A stretch of 64,000 bases of DNA from Octopus vulgaris (Eukaryota), in NCBI GenBank assembly GCA_951406725.2, contig OX597817.1:84444001-84508000 (forward strand), read 5' to 3'. Position numbers and translations under genes: made by a program. The notes beneath the pieces are model-generated. The model worked only from the letters and a program-made list of their open reading frames with translations. It made no database searches and was not told where the DNA came from. Below, one piece after another: positions 53,184-64,000 of the stretch (position 1 is the first letter of the stretch; every line of letters starts with the position of its first letter).

Positions 53184-54032
53184 TAACAATAAAGGGTGAA
53201 ATTAATTAATTTGGAATAATTATTAATTACACCAAGTAGATTTCGGCATGTAAAAGCCTCATTCGAGGAAAATTTAAGTAATACTAAGCAATTAAGGGTT
53301 TAGCAACGAATTGCCTCGCCACACACCGAATTTAGAAATAGCAGTCAAAGAGATATAGCTATTCCTTCTACTAAAGGAGATCTCAGTAAAAACACAGCAC
53401 TTGAAAGGCAAACACAGACAGGTAAGAAAAGAATGAGATGACGGCAATCTATCATACAATTTTAAGTATTACCTACGGACGTACGTTTCGAAATCAAGTT
53501 TTAGGAAAGCATGAGAATTAGAAAATTCTACCTTACCCAAACTTCTTTTCTCATCGGCGTAGGATACTACAATTATGAATAATTGTATATTAAATTTTAC
53601 TAGAGATTATCTCAACTCAGTGTCAGAGCGAGCCAAAGCATTATCAGTACCAAAATTCTCAATGAAAGTTTGTGTCACCAGAAACGCGTGTCTTGGCTAC
53701 ACGCGGGTGGAGGGGGCACACAAACTTTCATTCCACTTTGAATTTCGTAGTACTGATAATGCTTGGCTCGCTCTGACACTGAGTTGAATAATGCCTTCTA
53801 ATATCTCAAAATTTAATGTTATTCAATTGTAGTATCCTACGCCGATGAGAAAAAAAGAAGTTTGGGCAGGTAAAAATTTTCTAATTCTCATGCTTTCTAA
53901 AACTTGATTTCAAACCGTCCGTAGGTAACTCCATTCTTACTTACCTGTCGTGTCTGCTGTGTTTTACTGACACGCGCTATTTCTAAATTCGGTGTTGTGG
54001 CAGGCTGAATCGTTGCTAAACCCTTAATTCTA

Positions 54033-54035
<3 letters not shown>
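53181..54035. mobile_element. Long palindromic hammerhead-containing unit between (TA)n tracts
   Basis: ~53283-53660 is inverted against ~53735-54035. The right arm has many small deletions. Nested hairpin tgaaagtttgtg / cacaaactttca in the centre. Confidence 0.85.
53472..53563 (-). ncRNA. Type I hammerhead motif with CCGAUGA core variant
   Basis: Minus strand cctacg CCGATGA gaaa...tttc GAAA c gtac g TC cgtagg. 6 bp stem I, palindromic stem III. Damaged mirror copy at 53836-53925. Confidence 0.75.
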
Positions 54036-54071
<36 letters not shown>

Positions 54072-54079
<8 letters not shown>

Positions 54080-54596
54080 TGAACATATAATTATAATTAA
54101 GGGCGCTGCTTGCCAGCGCCTATACACTAAGTAGGTGCTAAATACCTACAATCCACACATGGTCGAGATGGGCTAATAGATGGAATATATACGCGGGAAA
54201 TGCATGTATATATTGGTGTCTGTAGGGGATAGATTTATCGGTATGTATATGAATTTTTCGCTTTTATATTTCTTGGTGTATCTCTATCGAGGATTGCAAA
54301 GTAATCTTTATTACAGAGCATGAAATCTTAAGATATAGGATTATCCGAAATTTTGTAAATCTTTGCTTATTACCTCACATTCGACCTGGGGTTATAAATA
54401 GCGACCAAATTTAGGTATTTGATATCTACTTCTTGCGTATAAGCGCTGGCATTCCAGCGCCCTTAATTATAATTATATTTTTAGAATTATATACTTAAAA
54501 ATTTATTTTAACGACACGGTCATTTTCTATACGCTAGCTACTGATATAATCATTTTAATGATTATATCCTCAATTTATAAGTATATTCATGAACAT
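54072..54596. repeat. ~510 bp unit with 15 bp terminal direct repeat and 41 bp inverted repeat
   Basis: tatattcatgaacat at 54072 and 54582. 54085-54125 is inverted at 54437-54478. Confidence 0.65.
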
Positions 54597-56760
54597 GTGT
54601 AACCTTTACCACAATATGGTGGTAAACGATATACGTATTCTGTGAAGTGAAGGTGCGCTTCTAACATGCTTAGATTAATTCCTACTGCAAGAAATTAATT
54701 TTCATTTTGTTCCCTAATACTCATGAGAAAGAAATGAACGTCACAACTTGAGGATGACACAGTTGTCTTGTATTGTGTTAATTAACAAATCAGCTATCTT
54801 TGATAGAAGTGAGTTCAAATTTTGAAATAGTAACGCATGTTGACAAAATTATTTTGATCCCTTCCGTGTGCAAACAGTTTTTAACCTCCTTAAGAGAGAA
54901 ATTAATTTTTATTATAGTTCATATTATAATATAATTCAAATTCTTACACTGCGATACATGTAACCAAGTTCTGATCCCTCCTATATTCAAACAGTTTTCT
55001 TTGGCTTCTCTAAAATAATTATTTTATTTTATCCTTTAAGTAGATTGATTGCAGAGAATCACTGAATTTAAAACAATAATTAAGACACTATTTTTAATTA
55101 TTTTTAAGAACATTTTATCTGGTATTTTTCAACTAAAGCTATTTATTACATCTGAGTGAGGGGTGACAATTTAAAGGCCAAGAACATACTGTCAGAATAT
55201 TTAGGCCTTTCAAAGACCTATTTCATCAAACTGTATATAGGTTATGGCACGGTAATACAACTCACAGTTGTAACGAGTCAGCGACAATACAAAATAAGGG
55301 TACGACAGAAAAACCTTATGGTTTTTTACACGGTTATTGATGTAACACCTGAGACGTTAAGCAGACGGTAATGGTCTCTTCATGTAGGTAATGTTTTTGT
55401 TTAGATCCTATCACTGTTTGGATTAGTACATATTATGTGTTGTTTGTCGTTGAAATGCTTATCAAAAATACTGAATCTGAAGGGTTTATTGCTACACCCT
55501 ACAGATGTATTACATAAAAATGAAATGTTTAAATGCTTCTGTATCGTTCATTGAACTACAAGAATTACTTTTTGTAATATTTAACATGCACAAATGGATT
55601 TGCAGAATTAAAAACATTTCTTTGAAACTTAAAGGGAAATATGTTTCATTTGAACAAAGCAATTAATATTTTATTTGTTGCACTTGAAATTCTCTATTTC
55701 ATTTCCAGCGTGTACGGTTATTGCTTACTGTTTAAATATGTTGTGTTTTTAATTAAGCTATCTGTCGAATTATGTTTATATTTAAAATGTAAGCAATATA
55801 TTTATTTTCTTTATGCATTTCTTCACATCCGCAAGGATGAAAACATTTTGCTGGAAATATTAAATTATTAACAGAAGTAATCAAATTTTCATAGCTCGTT
55901 CGTAACAGCTGAAGTTTTATGAAAATTAGTTAAGTGGTTTGAGAAATGATATGAAAATAAACGATTGTATTTTATTAGGCACTTTTTATTAACATAATTC
56001 CTGCATTAGTGTAATACTGCATTATGCTTATTATGTATATGATGTGTGTTTCTTGTGTATATGATATTTCATAATTTTATACTTAAGAAAGTCCGTTGTG
56101 TTTATTGTGTATATGTAGGTGTACCTGTGCATATTTTGAAATTTCATAAAATTACTTTACGCTTTAAAACTTAATCTTATAAATTTCGCTAATATAACTT
56201 CATGCTGTTATTTTATTTTTGTCGTGTGTTTAATACTGTATTCTGTAAAACGTTTAATAATGTTAAAACAGAGGAGCATTTTCTCTGAATTATTGTACCC
56301 AAAACACCATAATTAGTGCATTTTTATTCACAAATGAATCGCCTTAGAAACACTTTTTCTCGCCTTTTTAAAGATAAAATTTTTCTTCCCTTTTTTACAT
56401 TTTATAGATGTTATTTTTTAATATTATTTCATTTTTAAAATTTTCAATGGAAACTGTGCTTAACAGGGTCAAATTTTTGCAGCAGCAAGTGAAGGAGCTT
56501 TTACACGCCTGGTCAACATGTTAGAAAAATAACACCTAAATTTCCCTCAAACCACATCATATCGTCTAGCAAAAAGATTCATTTGCTAATATTGTATGGA
56601 GTGCATTATTCCAGAAGAAAAGACAATATGGAGAAAGGAACGAATATCAGAGCTGGAAGGGTTGTTCTCAATCATCGCTAACCCTGGACTAAAGAACAGC
56701 AATAATACAGTTAAGTTGTGCTAACTACATTTGATTGATTTATTTATTTATTGTCAGCAA

Positions 56761-56818
<58 letters not shown>

Positions 56819-56821
<3 letters not shown>

Positions 56822-56912
56822 GGAAGTAAAGGATACACACACCACCCGTTTTCAGTGGAACCCTAAACCTAAACGTCGAAATAGAGTGGTGTGCGTATTC
56901 TTTACCTTCGCT
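56819..56912. repeat. ~94 bp hairpin (mini-MITE) in (TA)n
   Basis: gcggaagtaaaggatacacacaccac versus gtggtgtgcgtattctttaccttcgc. Confidence 0.7.
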
Positions 56913-56925
56913 TATATCATATATA

Positions 56926-56976
<51 letters not shown>

Positions 56977-56981
56977 TACGA

Positions 56982-57130
56982 TGAGCTTCCACACAGCTCA
57001 CTCTACCAAATTCATTCGCAAGGCATAAGTCGGCTCAAGTTTATAGATGAAAACACTTGCCCAATGTACGATGCAGTGGAACTGAACGTGAAACACGCGG
57101 TTGCAAAGCAAGTTCTTAACCACACAGTCA
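56982..57130 (-). mobile_element. SINE family B 5' half (diverged)
   Basis: ctaccaaattcattcgcaaggc...acacttgcccaa...gcagtggaactgaac. Confidence 0.7.
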
Positions 57131-57601
57131 TAAAAATATGAGTTTTTTTTAGAATTCATGTATAATTACCACGAACCTTTCATGCTCCTCTCATCATTTT
57201 CTCTTTGCATTCTCTGTACAATATTATTGTTAACGGCCCTCCACTTTAATTCTTTAAATTCATTTGTTTACTCCTACATATTTTTATTTTTCAGTGCACC
57301 CAACATTTTTCCAACACCTACACGCTCCTTCTTCCCACTTCTTGTTTTTAATTGTTCTCAACATTCTTGCTAACACCTAAAGAAAGGTTTGTCAGTTTGT
57401 GGTGGGGGGTGGTTCTTGTTTCTCATAACCTTCATAATCGTGAATGTAACATAAAAATTCTAAAAGGATTCATAATTAATTCAGTTACTATACTAAGCTG
57501 TCAAAAAATATGGTGCGCTGTAAACATTAAACAATGCTGGACAAGTTCTTTCAATCCTGAATCAGATACTGATCATAATGAGCTACAGGACCGAAGATAT
57601 T

Positions 57602-57677
<76 letters not shown>

Positions 57678-60600
57678 CTAGGAATTCCCATTGCAATACC
57701 TCTTATCCCACAGCAACAAGTTTTATTTTTGGTGAGCATGTACCTACTATGATATTACTGTATTCGTTTTTACTCCCGAATGTACTTTCCTCCAAGTATT
57801 CTTATGTATATATATGTAGTTGGCGTGTGTTTAAAATTTTTTTCATGCATAAAAAATGCTTGCATTTCTCATTCTTTTGTTTTGTTGTTTATTCCTGGAA
57901 ATTTTCTTTAAACACATATCAATTCATAATATTAGAATCAATGGGAAAATATATATTTTCCATTACAAAATTCCACACGGTAATATTTTCATGAACTCAA
58001 TGGTTCCGTTATGTGATGGTTATCTATATGCTATACAGCAATATATTTTCTTCCTTGTCTTTTCTTCTGCAACAATGCTAACAATAGATTCTGTGTTATA
58101 TTGATTCCTGGAGAGATTCATATGAAGTGAAATTCTAGATTAACTGGAATTGACTAACAGACTTTGGAAGGACGAACAATAAAGTGTGATGAACTGATAA
58201 TTATCTTTCCACTCTAGACACGAACCAACATCAGTACTTTTATGCAGTTATGAAACTTGCGAGAAACAGCAACCAAATTTCCTTTAAATCACATCCTACC
58301 GTCGTAAATACAAAACGAATACATTGAAAAATGTCGTCCTTGAAATACAAAAATACAGGATGATCATGGCAGTTGTTTAGCCCCTCGATCAGGGCTAAAC
58401 AACAGCAATATTCTACACATGGGATGTATCTTCTCTACCTCTTAGCTGATTCTCAAGTTTTAAAATAATATTAAGTCTGTAATGTAATCGTGAGCTATAT
58501 GAAGTTTGTTCGTATGCAGTGATGAGAACAAACATCTGAAGTTTTGAACCTGAAGTCAGGGCCTTATCTACTGTTTTATCTCTGACGAAGAGTTAACCCC
58601 GATTCCATAGCCAAACATATTATCCATTTTTCATGAGCTTCACTAAATAATTTACAAATTACCTTGAATTCATATTTTTACTTAACACTTTGTTACTAAA
58701 ACAAATACATAGACAGAATCTGTGCATAATTGCACAAAAGTTAAGTTGATTGTATATTCATTGAATAAAAATAGTGTTAACGTGTTGTTTTAGTGAACGT
58801 GCTTACGGTAGAAATAAAGTATAAATCGGTTGCAATTTATCTATATCATAGAAATATGCCCACTAACTCTAAATTTAATAAACTACTACTCACTACAGCT
58901 GAAACAGTCCAATAAGGCAAATACATATTAAAAGCTGTAATAGTTTAGGATTTTTGTGCTTAAGTAGTGTTGCTAAAAACTTTTTTATAGCAATTTAATT
59001 GCCAGACAAGATAGAAGTTAATACAAGAGTAGTATATCCAACAACTGTAGTTAGTGAACTCAAATTGGTCTGGCTATTATAGTAATGGTATCTGTTTTAT
59101 ATCGCCTCGGTAGAGGCATTTCATTTTCGCAAGCTGAGGTCATCTGTCTATAAACAGATGAACGGTTACAGTTCTTACTGTAAAGAATTGGTGCACGGTA
59201 TTATTAATTTCTCATATAGATATATATTTTTTGTGTTTGGGAGAGAGTTAATAGAATGTATTTTATCGAGTACAGATGTGTTAAAAGTAAATCCGACTCC
59301 CTCATAAATTTTGAAATAAGAACTTACTGAATGTATTTGAGGTCTTTAGTTCTTTTAGTTGAAATCTCTGTTGCTTCACACAAAGAATTAGTTTTGCAAT
59401 AAGAGCTAAGCTCAAGTTGTCCTACAGGTATAAAAAAAAGCTAGTGGCAAATTATTCCAGTATGTTATTTCCTTGAAAAACTTTGGTGTTTCAACTATAA
59501 ACTTGCCAGGCGTCTTTCGTGATTTGAAAAAAACATAATAAAAAACAATTGTTTCTAATTCAATCAGCTTATCAATGTACATACCATGTAAGCTTGTTGG
59601 TCAAATACTGACTATTATTGATCATGTGCATCTCCATAAATGATATTTCGAACCTATAAATCTGTTTTATCACTTATTCACCACTGACCAAAAGCTGAAT
59701 ATCTATGGCCTTGGCATTTACTGTCTATTTACATCATAGAGTTATAAAATAAATCATGGAAGTAGAACTTTTTGATTTGTTTGCATTTCGTGTTAACATT
59801 TACAAATATAATTGCTTCTTTTTTTCTTTGGAACCAAAGCACTTTTGTTGAAATGCAAAGTCTATTAATATACTTTCATATAAGATGGATCTGTTTCCTC
59901 GATTCTACATGTATGAAATACAACGTTAACCGAGAAATATAAGAAAGATTAAATACTATAAGACATTTTAGTCCAGTTATCAGCCACTTCCGTCAACAGA
60001 CTTTCATTAATAGCGTCAAATATATGGTGAAGTACATTTGTATATTGAGTACTAGATCAGTAAATCATGACAGATTTTGTTGGGGTTTTTCGTTATTAGT
60101 TTCATTTTATTTCGTTTTGTTTCCTGCTGATTCTTATGAGAATCAGATACGTGAGAATAGCTTCTATTGAATCAAGTTTACAGTCGTAGTAATTCCACAA
60201 CGGTTGCAGCATTATAAGTTTATAAAAGTAAAAACATTTACACTATCACTTTCTGTTTTCTATGAAAATGATGTATTGCGAAACTATGAAAGAAATTAAA
60301 ATTGTCATTCTACTTCATTATTTCTTATAGCTTTCTGACACAGATTGTTGAAGACAAGTTTGTTTTGGACTTCATGAAATTTCGTTTTCTAAATATTACC
60401 AGCTGATGCCAATAAAACCTATTAATATAAGATTAACATGCGATTTAGTAAGAAATATTTTTCTGTTAGGAATGAAAAAATGGATAAGAACTGAGTATGG
60501 AAAGACGTTTATGCTTTTTGGGAAATAGCACAGGATTCATCAGACATTGAGCCTCAGAAACACGTACCAGTACTTAGGACCACCACAAACAACAAATGAT

Positions 60601-60729
60601 CTAGGGTGGCCTCCACTGACGTCTCTAGAAATGTCAAACCAGTGGCCACTACCGAAACGCTTTATGTCACACCAGTTACCTGCTAAATATCAGAAGCCTT
60701 CTAACGTCCCACCAACACAAAACCAAATA

Positions 60730-62850
60730 CCTGGGAGACTTAGTGATATGCAATAAAGTAATAGGCATGGCACTAACAGAAACACATCTGAATGCTGACA
60801 TACTAGATACTGAAATACACATACCAAAGTATTTCTGACAAGAGAGAAAGAACACATGGTGAAGTTGCAATGTACATCCGGGAAAATATCATGCCTGTAG
60901 TGTTGCTGTCACACTCAAACTCAGTTTGTGACATTCTGATAGTGCACATTAAACAGCTCAAAATGGTGATATGAACTACATATCGCTCACCAGATATCCC
61001 AAATCATGAGGGCTCATTCGAAGATAGCCTCAAAAAGATGGAAGAAGTATTAACCAAACTAGGTGACAACCTTCACATACTTTTTCTAAAAGACTTGAAC
61101 GCTCCAATATCGAATGGCCTGAGGGCCGCCTTCTTTCAGGTATGTCATTGCATGAAGAGAGGCAGGCAGAGTCTCGGCTCGATCTTACAAATATTCTCTT
61201 TATGGAGCAAATAGTGCTCCACCAATAAGGGATAAAAATGTTCTGACCTCTGTTTCACAAATAACACGGTGCTCATCCATAATGTTATGGTGACACCGAC
61301 GATTTTCTTAATAACTTAAAAGAACTAACATTGTATGACACTCAGAAAACTGCAGACATGTCAGCTAACAGAAGTGCCCAACCCTTTCCAACGTGAACTT
61401 TCATAAATCTGGTTGGAGGGGTATCGAAAACGAGGTCATGGAACAAAACTAGTCTACCAGTCTCTCTAAACAAGATATTGACATAAAGCTACAGCATTAT
61501 TCCAGAGAGAATAACAAATCAACAGAACAATATAATTTTCAAGGATAGGAGGATTCTAATGAGACGACGAGCAAAAATCTCAAACTGTCTAAATGGGCCA
61601 CTAAAGGATAGTAAAGGATCCGATCTCAAACAAACATTTCTCGAAATCTAAAATTAACTCAAACACTCCCACGAAAAGAAAATGGTAGTGAAAGAAACCC
61701 GAACTGTAAAAAATGTAAAGATAAACCCTAAAACCTTCAATAAATTTTCAAAAAAGTCTGCTTCACTAGGTTCGAAGAAAATAGCTCACTGACTGCAGAT
61801 CCCCAGAGGATAAATAAAATACTGAATGTGCAATACAAGAGTGTTTTCACAACTCCATTGGGATTCCTGAAAGTAGCAATGCTCGATGAGTTCTTCGGCT
61901 CCACAGCTTGACACAAAGAGATGGCAATTACTAATTAGATCGAAATAGAGGAAACTGATGTAATATCATTCATTGATGAAATGAGCTTAAACTCAGCCAC
62001 AGGCCCTGGTGGATTCCCAGCAATCGTACTAAAGAAATGCAAAAGGGCTCTAGCAAGAACACTACAGATCCTTTTTCAAAGCTTCCTTGTAACTGAGAAA
62101 CTTCCTAGAAAGTTAAAAGAAAACATATGTCCTATTCATAAAGGAGGTAGCAGCTTTGAAGCAAAACATTATAAGCATGTCCCTCTAACCTCACATGTCA
62201 GCTACGTTATTGCAGGAGGAAGCTGATTAAGTTCCTTGATAATGACTTGTTCCCTGGCAACCAGCATAGCTTCTGCTCGAGAAGAAGTTGTCTTACATCT
62301 TCTGCATCATTGACTGGGTGTTGAATTAACGAACCGCCCAAACGTGTGTGTGATATATCTCAATGTTGCAAAGGCCTTTGATAAGGTTGAACATAGAATG
62401 GTATGTCACAAGATACGAAGACTCTGTATAGTTGGAAAACTTGGAGAGTGGTTACACGACTCCTTGAATTACAGAAACCAGATTGTGGTAGCCAATGGGA
62501 CCCTCTTCAAGGAGACCGTAATAGCAAGTAGAATGCCCAGGGACGTATTTTGGGGTCGCTGCTGTTTATAGTGGCTCTTTCGGACATGTCATCAGTTACA
62601 CAGACAGCCACATTTACTAGCTATCGTGACGACACATGCAGTCAAGGAACCTTTTGATGCTAATCTTCTACAGAAAGACCAAAATGCCATATAAAAATGG
62701 GCTGAAGAAAGCAACATGCAATTTAATGCAGGTAAATTCCAAACCTCTGCTATCAGTTATCTTTGCACAACAAAGACACTTTGGACCAAAACGAGCAGCA
62801 ATCCTAGAGTCAATTACAGTGCGTGATCTGAGGAATGATATCTGTTGATG
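60730..62850 (+). pseudogene. Old degraded CR1-group LINE ORF2 related to the 30-35 kb element
   Basis: ALTETHLNADILDTEI, YRSP, INPKTF, SATGPGGFPAIVLKKC, PLTSHV, IYLNVAKAFDKV, YRDDT, VRDL. Many disablements. Confidence 0.85.
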
Positions 62851-63016
62851 ATACTACTGCTGCTGCTGTTGCTTCTTCTTCTTCTTCTTCTTCTTCTTCT
62901 TCTTCTCCTCCTCCTCCTCCTCCTCCTCCTTCTTCATCTTCTTCCAATCAAGACTCACGCCATTAACCACAAAGAATAATCTCTAATTCGAACCTACTCT
63001 AAGCTACAAAGAATGC

Positions 63017-63384
63017 GTGTGGCAACTTGAAGATCCACCCATCACACGCGATAGACTGGCGGTTGCACGGGCACGAAAGCTACGTTGTTATCCTCATTCC
63101 ATAAACGGTGGTTTTTTAACGGGTGGAGAGCTGAACCATCCTGGGGTACAGAGGATTCGCAATCTAAAAGTTTACCACACCATAGTGGGTTACACCATGG
63201 TTCCTCTGCTTTGTGGCAGAAGTAGGAAGAAAGAGTGAGAGAAAGTTGTGGTGAAAGAGTACAGCGAGGTTCACCACCACCCGCTCGAGCTTCTTGGAGC
63301 TTAGGTATTTTTGCTCAATAAACACTCACAATGCTCGGTCTGGGAATCGAAACCGCGTTCTTACGACTGCGCCATTACGCCTCC
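63017..63384 (-). mobile_element. tRNA-derived SINE (third family)
   Basis: Minus-strand head ggaggcgtaatggcgcagt...ggtttcgattcccagacc (B box). Confidence 0.6.
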
Positions 63385-63559
63385 ACACTTGCAGCTGTTG
63401 CTGCTGTTACTGCTGTTACTTCTACTACTACTACTGTTAACCAGCTTTTATTATGTTAATCACTCAACACGAAAAGCGTTTTAATGAAATCAATAAATCT
63501 CAAATGTTCTACTAAAATATTCCAAAACCTACCAATAAGATCTCTCTAAATTATTAGTG

Positions 63560-63678
63560 ACTATACAGAAAGTGTTATAAAGTATCACTGACCAGGCGAA
63601 AAGTGTTACAAATTATTAATAAACAGGTGAAAAATTTTTATGAATTATTTGTGATCGTGTAGAAAGTGTTATAAAGTG
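63560..63678. repeat. Degenerate ~30-35 bp tandem repeat
   Basis: Recurrent (a)gaaagtgtta(t/c)aaa unit. Confidence 0.5.
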
Positions 63679-64000
63679 AGGGAAAGATTATATTTTTGAA
63701 AAAAAAATGAAAATGGACATGAACACAAACGATAAACTTGTGGTTAAATAGCAAAAATGGCTCGCATGAACTAAATAACTAGATGGATTTGAGAAATAAC
63801 TGGTCTTCCGGATAAAAATTGAAAAGGCCAGTTCTATCATAGTTTATTAAGTTACATTTAAGCATCAATGCATTAACCAAAACCTACGAGATTTATAATT
63901 TTGCTAACACGATATATGCACGAAATGTATAAAGTCATTTAGTAAAATTTATTAACAGAGAAGGCTAAAAATAAATCAGAGGCAAACTATGAACAAAATT

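Noticed and set aside
58580-58620. CTGACGAagag hammerhead-like start (also ttgaaga..gaaac at 35441 and minus-strand ctgatga at ~8936)
   Set aside because: Matching GAAA or stems I/III are missing, so chance or heavy decay cannot be excluded.
54600-60500. Repeat-poor region examined for exons and miRNA hairpins
   Set aside because: No convincing spliced ORF or precursor hairpin by eye; small exons cannot be excluded.

Overview
Eukaryotic, AT-rich, microsatellite-saturated DNA with no confidently recognisable host protein-coding gene. The repeat repertoire suggests an octopus/coleoid cephalopod genome (inference). Most ORFs in the track are translations of microsatellites. Real content: (1) a near-intact full-length CR1-group LINE (~30417-35078) inserted in (TA)n, whose ORF1 has a Myb/SANT-like N-terminus and two CCCH fingers, and whose AUG-less ORF2 can be reached by an in-phase T TTT TTA -1 slippery site; (2) a nest of Dong/R4-type restriction-like-endonuclease retrotransposon fragments in (TAA)n, plus related fragments in (TACA)n; (3) two full-length defective mariners and relics of mariner, Tc1-like, Tigger and hAT elements; (4) non-autonomous Helitrons and several tRNA-derived SINE families; (5) Penelope RT and GIY-YIG relics. 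The most striking signal is about ten type I hammerhead ribozyme motifs, intact or degenerate. They lie in diverse 0.2-1.4 kb non-coding units embedded in (TA)n and arranged as tandem, terminally redundant or inverted copies, resembling Penelope pseudo-LTRs or retrozymes. All structures were read by eye and boundaries are approximate unless termini are quoted.
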